In this document: in pieces, positions 1-7,971 of the stretch
How the letters are laid out: each line of letters begins with the position of its first letter
Numbering within the stretch: the first letter of the stretch is position 1
Assembly: GCA_026417135.1 (NCBI GenBank)
Contig: JAOADV010000005.1
Span: forward strand, 43,317-107,316
DNA length: 64,000 nucleotides
Source: Ignavibacteria bacterium
Lineage (GTDB): Bacteria > Bacteroidota > Ignavibacteria > Kapaibacteriales > UBA2268
Reading direction: 5' to 3'
The notes under the pieces: generated by a model
Database searches by the model: none
What the model was told of the DNA's origin: nothing
What the model saw: only the letters and a program-made list of their open reading frames with translations
Position numbers and translations under genes: made by a program

Positions 1-86
1 TCCGCTATCTTTTTAGATTTTAAAAGCTCAATATCAATTAGTTCTTGGGCAGGAATATTATTCCCATCTCTGGTCTTATATACCAT
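1..86 (-). CDS. 5' end of a gene running off the window (MVYKTRDGNNIPAQELIDIELLKSKKIA...); possibly a Rossmann-fold enzyme such as ketol-acid reductoisomerase
   Basis: ATG at 86-84 with GGAG 6 nt upstream; frame open to the window edge. IDIELLKSKKIA resembles the IlvC start (DLSLLKGKKIA), but only 28 codons are visible. Confidence 0.5.
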   Translation of the reverse strand, partial: MVYKTRDGNNIPAQELIDIELLKSKKIA

Positions 87-245
87 CTTTGACTCCGATT
101 ATTTATATTTATTAAAAGTCATAGGATTTTCGAAAGAGAAACATTGAAATTCAGAACGAAAATAAATGATCAATCTAAAATCACTATGTAAATTAACAAA
201 AAATTTTTATATCTTACACATTTATAAACGAAATTAAGTAAAAAA

Positions 246-512
246 TTGTTTATTGCAAAAAAAACATATTTAAAAATTTTTTTTGTGATTTTAGCTTTTG
301 CTGTTTTTATTATTCTATACGTCGATAATGTAATAAGAATAAGAAAAATAACACGTGAAAAATATCAAATCGAGAAACGTCTCGAAGAAATTCAAAACGA
401 AAATGCAATTTTAGACAAAAAAATAAATGAATTACGAAGTCCAGAAAGGATAATAACATTTGCCCAAGAAAAACTCAAAATGAAGTTGCCACAAAAGGCC
501 CCAAAGAAATAA
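246..512 (+). CDS. ftsL: Cell division protein FtsL/septum formation initiator family
   Basis: 88 aa; one N-terminal TM helix, a coiled coil, and C-terminal LRSPERIITFAQEKLKMKLP matching the FtsL pattern L-sp-rI..A...L.M..P. Confidence 0.7.
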   Translation: MFIAKKTYLKIFFVILAFAVFIILYVDNVIRIRKITREKYQIEKRLEEIQNENAILDKKINELRSPERIITFAQEKLKMKLPQKAPKK

Positions 513-515
513 AAA

Positions 516-542
516 GGGCTTGTTCCAAAATGGAACAAGCCC
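516..542. terminator. Intrinsic terminator hairpin between convergent ftsL and susD
   Basis: Perfect 12-bp stem GGGCTTGTTCCA-AAA-TGGAACAAGCCC; A-run at 510-515 gives a U-tract on the minus-strand (susCD) transcript. Confidence 0.85.
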
Positions 543-553
543 CAACGAAAAAA

Positions 554-1921
554 CTATGGATTCCAGTAAGTCTTATCCCACCATAATTTGTCGGTAAAAA
601 TAAAGTCTGGATTTTCGAAATTTGGCGCTGTCGATTTTAAATTCTCATAATTATATAAACGTTCGTAGAAAGGATAAGGAAATCTTCTTGGAATTGTGTT
701 CCCGACGACTGGTTTCAAGCGTGGGAAACCGGTTCTTCGCCAATCGGTGTAAACTTCTGGATTGAAGAAAAGAGCAATATACTTTTGAGTAATAATATTT
801 TCAAGCTTCAAGTTATTTTCGCCCACATCAACTGAAGGTTGCGACAGATATGCTTGTGCGTCAGCATCGGCAACTCCCATTTTAGCCATAGATGCAAGAA
901 TACCGGCTTTATATGCATTATAAGCAGCGTTAAGATTGCCTTTTGCAAGCTGACATTCAGCTTCGATGAACTTTGCCTCGGCATAAGTAATAAAAGGAAC
1001 GGGCGAATTAATGCTAGCATAAAAAGGTCCCAAACGAGACTGTCGGCTAAATCCACCTTTATCATCCGGTTTAGCTATCTTAGGTCTTCGAGGGTCGTTG
1101 AGACTATTCATTATCTCCATTAAAGTGGAATCCAAATTAACATCGCCTCGTTGAACGTCGAATTGATAAAGTGGATTTGCTTCGGTTTCTTTGTTTGTAA
1201 AATTAAACTGAAGGTCGTCGCTATTACTAGTGAATCCCCTTTGCAACATCCCAAGAGCAACGTCGTAATTCTTTAAATGCAAGTAATATCTGGCTTGAAG
1301 AGTATATGCTGCTTTTATCCAGTTCGCCACCTTTCCACCATACATAAGGTCGTCGGCACCAGGTTTAAAAACACTATTCGTTTCGTTTAAATTGGTGATA
1401 GCTTGTGATAAAAGAACAAAGATTATGTCGTAAATGTCTTTCTGGCTGTCATATTTTGGTTTTAATTTTTTCGTTCCTTGGAAAGCTTCTGTATAAGGAA
1501 TATCCCCAAGCAAGTCTGTCCACATTCCAAGGCTAAAAGCCATTAGAATTTGGGCAATACCTTTATAATGTGGGGATTTTTGCTGGTCTGCCATATTAAT
1601 TATTTGGTAAAGGTCCATCATAGGACCACCATACATCGTATTCCAAGCATTATTGATATCTTCTTCGGAGAAAATGTATTTGTAAATAACTTCGTGCTGT
1701 CTTCCAGCGCCAAAAAGTTGCTGAGTAAAACAACCAGTATAGCGACCGATATCACCACCCAAAACATAAGCTATTCCAGCTTGCGTCGTTGGTAGTATCG
1801 TTTTCATCGGGACATTGGATGGGCTCGTCGGGTCAATATTCAAATTCGGGTCAATCCACCTTTCGCAAGCAAATGAAAGCATTAACATAAAAATAACGGA
1901 AAATAATATTCTTTTTTTCAT
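554..1921 (-). CDS. susD: SusD/RagB family nutrient-binding outer-membrane lipoprotein
   Basis: Lipobox LSFAC; GDIPYTEA, KYDSQKDIY, ITQKYIALF..PEVYTDWRRTGFP and IPRRFPYP motifs typical of SusD-like proteins; GGGAG RBS; directly downstream of susC. Confidence 0.93.
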   Translation of the reverse strand: MKKRILFSVIFMLMLSFACERWIDPNLNIDPTSPSNVPMKTILPTTQAGIAYVLGGDIGRYTGCFTQQLFGAGRQHEVIYKYIFSEEDINNAWNTMYGGPMMDLYQIINMADQQKSPHYKGIAQILMAFSLGMWTDLLGDIPYTEAFQGTKKLKPKYDSQKDIYDIIFVLLSQAITNLNETNSVFKPGADDLMYGGKVANWIKAAYTLQARYYLHLKNYDVALGMLQRGFTSNSDDLQFNFTNKETEANPLYQFDVQRGDVNLDSTLMEIMNSLNDPRRPKIAKPDDKGGFSRQSRLGPFYASINSPVPFITYAEAKFIEAECQLAKGNLNAAYNAYKAGILASMAKMGVADADAQAYLSQPSVDVGENNLKLENIITQKYIALFFNPEVYTDWRRTGFPRLKPVVGNTIPRRFPYPFYERLYNYENLKSTAPNFENPDFIFTDKLWWDKTYWNP

Positions 1922-1945
1922 AACCGTCTCCCTTTGTTAATCAAA

Positions 1946-4900
1946 TTAAAAATCAACAGCAATTGTGAAATTGTAACTTCGAATGCCTGGCATATTGAAA
2001 TAATCGAGACCTTGGGCACTATATGCACCCATAAGATTTGTTTCTGGGTCGACACCAGTGTATTTTGTGCTAAGGAATAGGTTTCTTCCAGTAAATGTTA
2101 GAATTATGTTAGAAAATGGGGTATATTCTACAATCGCCTTTGGCAAGGTATATGACAAAGAAAGCTCACGCAACCTAATCCAGCTAGCATCTTCAATGAA
2201 ATCTTCAGTATTGTTCCCGAATCCAGAACCACGGCCTGCAACATACCAATTGTGGTCGACTACTACTTCGATATCGTTCTTCTCTTTTGAAGTCTTCTTG
2301 ATACCTTTGAAAACTTTTTTCGAACCCCTTATTTCAGTATCTTTATGAGTACCAAAATAATATAAAGCACCTTTAGTCCCATTCCACATTTTACCACCTT
2401 GCTTAATATCAATCAAGAAGGACAAGGTCAAACCTTTCCAACTCACTGAATTGCGTAAGCCCAAAAGCCAATCGGGGTTTGCAGTTCCAAAATCTTTCTC
2501 GTTCCCATCCCAAATTGGAAAACCATAAGTTCTGGAATTTGGGTTATCGTCAATTAATATCTCCCCAGTAGCTGAATCTCTTGCCCAGCCGAAACCAAAA
2601 ATAGTCCCATAAGGTTTACCAGCAACAATTCGAACGGAAGAACCAACGAAACCACCAAGGAAGATATTATCTATACCTTCGTAAAGTTCATCGACCATAT
2701 TTTTGTTTGTCGAGAAATTCAAATCGATACTCCAACGCCAATCCGCTGTGTTAATTGGAGTGAAATTCAAAATTGCTTCGAATCCTTTGTTCGAAATCTT
2801 TCCGGCATTAAAAATTGAATAATAGTAGCCAGTCGTTCGTGAAATTGGGACGCTAAAAATTTGGTCTTTACTCACAGAGTTGTAATAAGTCAGGTCCAAA
2901 GAGAAAAGATTTTCTAAGAAGGCAAAATTGAAACCAATTTCCCAAGATGTGGTCATCTCGGGTCGAATTTTATCATTTCCAAGAACATCACCAGTAACAA
3001 AGCCAACTTGATTATTGAATGGGAATGAAATTCCGTTCGTCCATCCGTCGCCGTAAGATGCTTGAATGAAGGGGGTCGTTGTTGCATACATCGGAGCGTC
3101 TTTACCAACAACAGCGTAGTTGAAACGAATCTTACCAAAGTTTAAGAAACTATCCTTAAACACATCTTTAAAAAGATTTGTGAATATAACACTTAGACTT
3201 CCCTGCCCATACCAAAAAGAATTCTTATCTTTTGGCAAGGTAGTGGACATATCGTTTCTTAACGACCCATTAAAATAAAGCCATTGTTGATAATCCAAGG
3301 TTAAGTCCCCGTAGAACCCAAGTCTTCGCAAAGTCCCTCTCGATTGTCGAACAATTTGGCTAGTTGTGTTAGAAATGTGATAGAAATCTGGAACAATTAA
3401 CCCATCCCCTTGCGTATAAATCCAACTACCTTTGGATTGATAAAGGTTATTTCCTAACATAAACTTGGCAACTAGGTCATCGGTCAAATTATAATTAAAC
3501 GAAAGAATTAAATCGGAGGTAAGGTCATTGCTGTAAATTTCGTGATGGAAGATTTGTCCAGCTGGTGCTGTCAATGAGTATATTGCAAATTCTTGTCGTC
3601 GTTTATCGGAATAGATATCGCTACCAACTCGGAGCATAAGGTCGATATTCGGATTGAAATAATAATTCAACTGAATATTACCTATAAATCTATCGACATT
3701 ATCGAAAAATGGATTTCGGGCAACGGTCCAATAAGGATTGTCGTAGCCACCTCCACCACGATAGGTTCTTTGAGTGCCATCTGGGAACATATAGGCATCT
3801 GGTTTTTTGTAAGCATCTGTGCCATAACCATTGGAATTATCAAAACTTATCGGAGTACGAAGCAATCCCAACATAACACCAGAAATATTGCTTCCTTGTT
3901 GGATACGTCTACCTCCTGAGCTAATGTATGAAACATTACCCGAAGCTTTAAACTGTGATGATATTCGAGCCTCCCCATTAAAGCGAACCGTTTGCCTTTC
4001 GAATTTAGAAAGTGGAACTACTCCTTCCGATTTCGAATTAGAAAGCGATAGGAAGAAAGAACCAAAATCTGTCCCTCCAGCCATAGAAAGATTTTGAGTG
4101 TTACTCATTCCGGGGATAAAGAAATTACTGAGATTATCAAAAGGCTCAATTTTCTTGAAACGTGAAGGGTTATTTATGCTATCTACAAAATACTTTCCGA
4201 CGATATTTCCATATTTACTAAATCGATTTGTCGATTCTAAATCCCAGTAAAGAGTATCGATATTGCCACCCCAGCTTAAAGGAGTTCTGCTACCGGGTTG
4301 TGCTGGAATTCCGCCAGCTCCTTGTGTAAACTTTTTCTGAAGTTCGGGCAATTTGTTAACTTCTTCGATTGTAGTTGTTGCAGAAAAAGAAACATTAATT
4401 CGTTCGGTCTCTGCAACTCGTCCTTTCTTTGTTGTTATAACAACAGCACCGTTAGAAGCACGGATACCATACAAAGCGGTTGCAGAAGGACCTTTGAGAA
4501 TTGTTACCGATTCAATATCGTCTGGATTCAAATCAATTGCACGATTTGAATATGCAACTCCTGAAAGCAGATTATTAGTACCATTGTCTGGGTTTCCACT
4601 ATAAATCATCGAATTATCGATGGGAATTCCATCGACTATAAACAAAGGTTGATTACCCCCTAAGAAAGAATTTTGCCCACGGATTTGAATGTAGGCAGAA
4701 GCTCCAGGCATCCCAGTGGAATTTACAACTTGTACCCCAGCAACTTTTCCAGTAATTGAATTAACTACATTTGTCGTTCGAGCTTGTGAAATTATGTCGC
4801 CCCTTACTTCTTCGAAAGCATAACCAATAGATTGCTTTTCTCTTTCCAAACCAATTGCTGTTACAATAATTTCTTGAGTAAGCAACTTATCTTCTTCCAA

Positions 4901-5182
4901 AGCAACATTAATAAAATCCTTCGCTTCGAGAGTTACTTCTTTTGTTTTCATCCCGACGCGACGAAAGACAATAGTTTTAGCATACGATGGTACTTTCAAA
5001 ATAAATGACCCATCTGCTTTGGTGAAAGTTCCAATAGCAGTTCCTTTAACCATTACGGTTACACCAGAAAGCGTGTTGCCTTGTTCGTCTGTTACCTTTC
5101 CAGTTATTACCCTATCTTGGGCAAAACCATAAGAAAAGCAAATCATTAATAACAAAACAAAGTAAACAAATTTTGCTTTCAT
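1946..5182 (-). CDS. susC: SusC/RagA family TonB-dependent outer-membrane transporter
   Basis: Signal peptide, N-terminal carboxypeptidase-regulatory-like domain, plug motif NRAIDLNPDDIESVTILKGPSATALYG.RASNGAVVITTKKG, C-terminal ...YNFTIAVDF. Start placed at ATG 5182 (MKAKF) because of GGGGA upstream; the ORF track starts at 5206. Confidence 0.95.
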   Translation of the reverse strand: MKAKFVYFVLLLMICFSYGFAQDRVITGKVTDEQGNTLSGVTVMVKGTAIGTFTKADGSFILKVPSYAKTIVFRRVGMKTKEVTLEAKDFINVALEEDKLLTQEIIVTAIGLEREKQSIGYAFEEVRGDIISQARTTNVVNSITGKVAGVQVVNSTGMPGASAYIQIRGQNSFLGGNQPLFIVDGIPIDNSMIYSGNPDNGTNNLLSGVAYSNRAIDLNPDDIESVTILKGPSATALYGIRASNGAVVITTKKGRVAETERINVSFSATTTIEEVNKLPELQKKFTQGAGGIPAQPGSRTPLSWGGNIDTLYWDLESTNRFSKYGNIVGKYFVDSINNPSRFKKIEPFDNLSNFFIPGMSNTQNLSMAGGTDFGSFFLSLSNSKSEGVVPLSKFERQTVRFNGEARISSQFKASGNVSYISSGGRRIQQGSNISGVMLGLLRTPISFDNSNGYGTDAYKKPDAYMFPDGTQRTYRGGGGYDNPYWTVARNPFFDNVDRFIGNIQLNYYFNPNIDLMLRVGSDIYSDKRRQEFAIYSLTAPAGQIFHHEIYSNDLTSDLILSFNYNLTDDLVAKFMLGNNLYQSKGSWIYTQGDGLIVPDFYHISNTTSQIVRQSRGTLRRLGFYGDLTLDYQQWLYFNGSLRNDMSTTLPKDKNSFWYGQGSLSVIFTNLFKDVFKDSFLNFGKIRFNYAVVGKDAPMYATTTPFIQASYGDGWTNGISFPFNNQVGFVTGDVLGNDKIRPEMTTSWEIGFNFAFLENLFSLDLTYYNSVSKDQIFSVPISRTTGYYYSIFNAGKISNKGFEAILNFTPINTADWRWSIDLNFSTNKNMVDELYEGIDNIFLGGFVGSSVRIVAGKPYGTIFGFGWARDSATGEILIDDNPNSRTYGFPIWDGNEKDFGTANPDWLLGLRNSVSWKGLTLSFLIDIKQGGKMWNGTKGALYYFGTHKDTEIRGSKKVFKGIKKTSKEKNDIEVVVDHNWYVAGRGSGFGNNTEDFIEDASWIRLRELSLSYTLPKAIVEYTPFSNIILTFTGRNLFLSTKYTGVDPETNLMGAYSAQGLDYFNMPGIRSYNFTIAVDF

Positions 5183-5443
5183 ATCCCCACTACCATTATT
5201 ATACATAATTAAAGAGTTTATAAGAGATTAGGAAAAGAGAGCGAAACAGATTGAAAAAGGAATAATCGAGGAAGAGAATAAGGAAACAAAGGTCTGTCCC
5301 GAATCCAAATTCCTATAAAGAGAAACATAGTTGACCTTCAAAATGTTAATAATAATTAAAAAATGTGAAAGGGCTGATAGAATATGGATTTTTCGAACAC
5401 GAAAACTAAAATTTATTATCATATTCTATCGTTTATACTAATA

Positions 5444-5474
5444 CAAATTTAGCAAGCGATTTCAAATTTGCAAA
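5444..5474 (-). promoter_or_regulatory. Putative Bacteroidetes-type sigmaA promoter (TTTG-N19-TAAATTTG) upstream of susC
   Basis: Minus strand: TTTG (plus 5471-5474), 19-nt spacer, TAAATTTG (plus 5444-5451); matches the -33/-7 consensus TTTG/TAnnTTTG. Confidence 0.45.
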
Positions 5475-5510
5475 TATATTTACAAAAATTTTAAATTATT
5501 TTAACAAATT

Positions 5511-6794
5511 CTATTCTAAACTTCTAACAGCTTTAATTTCAAACTTTGAATTTAAAATATCAAAAGAAATCACAGACAATTTTAATATGTCCAATCCAAG
5601 AACACCGTCGATGTTAAATAAGTAATCCTTGGGCATTTCGACGGTGTGTATATCTTTAAAAACAATTTTACTCTTATCAATTGTAACTTCGAAGTAAGGA
5701 ACAACAAGCGAGGGATTAAACTTCCAACCACCAACTGAACCAATAACTTTGGTCTGCTCGTAAATCTTACCAAAATCAACTTTATTAAATACATTATAAG
5801 TCAAAGCACTTTTCTCGGCGCCAAGGTCGAAGGCGAAAAGAATATTGACATCATCTAATTTGGATAAGACTATTGGAATACCTACCCAAAAAAAATTTCT
5901 GTCCTTCGCAATGCTCAACTTTAATGGCTTTTCAATAATTATTCTCCTTGCGATGTAATCAAGGACAAATTTTGCATTTTTGATTGCTTTCCATCCCACA
6001 ATACCATAAATTTCCGTTGGAACGTTCGAAGAAAGTAATCTAAGTCTAAGATTAAAATCGTCGACAATTAAGCAAGGATGATTTAGTAACTGCATCGAAC
6101 CTAATTTAAATGATGAAATCACAGAAGGTTTTACATCAACTTTATAGTTTGTCGTTGTCAATGCTTTACTCTTCCTTTGAGTCAGTGGCAAGATGTTGCA
6201 ATCTTCAGCTGTTTTACTCGAAAGAATTGTATAATTTGTTCCAGTATCGAACCAAAAGTGTCGTAGGTTGCCATTAATTTCGACTGGAACAATAATTGCC
6301 CCAGAAGGGGATGTGAAAAAACTAATTGTATCTTTATCCTCGAAAAAATTAACTTTTTCGCTATTTAGTTTCGAAAAAGCTTCTGCAAGTATAAAAACGC
6401 TGTCGGGGTCGTGTATAATTAATGCTGATGCTGGAAGTAGTTTGTCCCACTTCGATTGGAATATGAGAGCATTAACAAGGATAGTATAAATTTCATTTTT
6501 ATAAGAGATATATGGAAAACTTTCCAATATACGAAAAGCTTTCTCTTCGGCAGTCGAAAATTCTGAATTAATGATTGAATTAACAATGTCGAGAAAAGCT
6601 TTTTCTTCGAAGCTTAATTCATCTAAGTTAATTAAATCGAGCTGGTAATTCTTTACTTTTTCGATAAAAGTGAATTCATGTTCTCTTGTTTTAATTTTTA
6701 CTTGCCCTTTTGGGGTCGAAGGACCACAGTGAATCAGAAATACGAAGACAAATATTAGAATAAAATTTAAAGAAAATATTAAATTAAATTTCAT
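5511..6794 (-). CDS. Lipoprotein with two retropepsin-like aspartyl protease domains
   Basis: Signal ending FLIHC; motif IIVPVEING...FWFDTGTNYTILS (Asp_protease_2-like) and second domain FAFDLGAEKSAL...GVLGLDIL. Confidence 0.8.
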   Translation of the reverse strand: MKFNLIFSLNFILIFVFVFLIHCGPSTPKGQVKIKTREHEFTFIEKVKNYQLDLINLDELSFEEKAFLDIVNSIINSEFSTAEEKAFRILESFPYISYKNEIYTILVNALIFQSKWDKLLPASALIIHDPDSVFILAEAFSKLNSEKVNFFEDKDTISFFTSPSGAIIVPVEINGNLRHFWFDTGTNYTILSSKTAEDCNILPLTQRKSKALTTTNYKVDVKPSVISSFKLGSMQLLNHPCLIVDDFNLRLRLLSSNVPTEIYGIVGWKAIKNAKFVLDYIARRIIIEKPLKLSIAKDRNFFWVGIPIVLSKLDDVNILFAFDLGAEKSALTYNVFNKVDFGKIYEQTKVIGSVGGWKFNPSLVVPYFEVTIDKSKIVFKDIHTVEMPKDYLFNIDGVLGLDILKLSVISFDILNSKFEIKAVRSLE

Positions 6795-6815
6795 AATTAA
6801 TCAAATTTATAAAAA

Positions 6816-7094
6816 ATGTCAAAAATTAATTTAAATGTAAGGACTAAATACACTGCATTCGAATTAAAAAACTTTGTGACGACAAGAGTTCTAACTAACT
6901 CGATTATTACATCCTTTCTGACTTCATATCGTTGGGAAAATTACAAACTTGTGTTCACATCGAAATTTGGTAATGGACAAATCGAATTGCAAGATTACTT
7001 GATTAATTTCGAAATGGACCTAAACATTTTAGGACAGCCACTGAAAGGTCTAATCGAATCAAAATTCTCGGACGAACTTAAGAAGCTCGAGTAA
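6816..7094 (+). CDS. Small protein resembling the putative polyhydroxyalkanoic-acid system family (PHA_gran_rgn-like)
   Basis: 92 aa; W...L.F....G.G.IEL....I.FEMDL..LGQPLKG.IESKFSDELKKL matches the family pattern as I recall it. Confidence 0.55.
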   Translation: MSKINLNVRTKYTAFELKNFVTTRVLTNSIITSFLTSYRWENYKLVFTSKFGNGQIELQDYLINFEMDLNILGQPLKGLIESKFSDELKKLE

Positions 7095-7965
7095 ACTTCG
7101 TACTTTGTAAAACTACCCCTAAAATAATAACAAGCAAACCTATTATCGTTGAATAATGAATACTTTCCTTTAATATCAAACTAATGAAAAGTATAGAGAT
7201 AAAAGGTGAAAGATAGATTAAATTGTTAATTTTAGCTGGATTTTTTGCAAATTTCAAAGCTTTATTCCAAACCAAAAATGTGATACCCATCTCGAAAAAA
7301 CCAATGTAAACAACTGGAAGAATTTCTAAACCAACTAATAGTTCAAATTCCGTTTTTAAAGCGAGATAAATAAAACAATATAAGGTGCCAAAACTAAAAT
7401 TTAAGAGTAAGCGCAGATTATCATCAGTTTTAGATGATAGATTTATAAGCCACGAAAGACCCCAAACCAAGGCGCTCGAAAGCGCAAAAATTGCTCCATA
7501 GGGATTACTTGGCTTTAAACTAACTATACTACCTTTCGACAATATAATAAGAACACCAAAAAAACTTATAAACAAGGCAAAATAGGACAAAAGGGGTATT
7601 CTTTTTCTTTGGTAAATTGCTGTTAAAACGGTTAATACAATTGCCCAAGTGTAATTCAAACTTAATGCTTCTTGTGCTGGTAACAATGAATATGCTTTAA
7701 AAAGAATTGAATAATAAAGAAATGGGTTTAAAAAACCAGCCAGAGCAGAAATATAAACTTGCTTTAATGTAATTGCTCGAACAAGTTTAAACTTATTAAA
7801 AGTAATAAGATTAACTAGTAATATAGAAAATGAAAAAAAAGAAGAGTAAGCAACGAGTAATTCGGGGGTTACTTTTTGTAATGCAATTTTAAATGCTGTA
7901 GCAACAGTTGACCAAAAGAGAATAGCGATTATTCCAAAAAGAAGAGACTTTTGTTCATCTTGCAT
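7078..7965 (-). CDS. DMT/EamA family transporter
   Basis: About 10 TM helices in two EamA repeats; LLPAQEALSLNYTW and NNLIYLSPF motifs; ATG 7965 (ORF track TTG 7971). Confidence 0.88.
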   Translation of the reverse strand: MQDEQKSLLFGIIAILFWSTVATAFKIALQKVTPELLVAYSSFFSFSILLVNLITFNKFKLVRAITLKQVYISALAGFLNPFLYYSILFKAYSLLPAQEALSLNYTWAIVLTVLTAIYQRKRIPLLSYFALFISFFGVLIILSKGSIVSLKPSNPYGAIFALSSALVWGLSWLINLSSKTDDNLRLLLNFSFGTLYCFIYLALKTEFELLVGLEILPVVYIGFFEMGITFLVWNKALKFAKNPAKINNLIYLSPFISILFISLILKESIHYSTIIGLLVIILGVVLQSTKFTRAS

Positions 7966-7971
7966 CGACAA

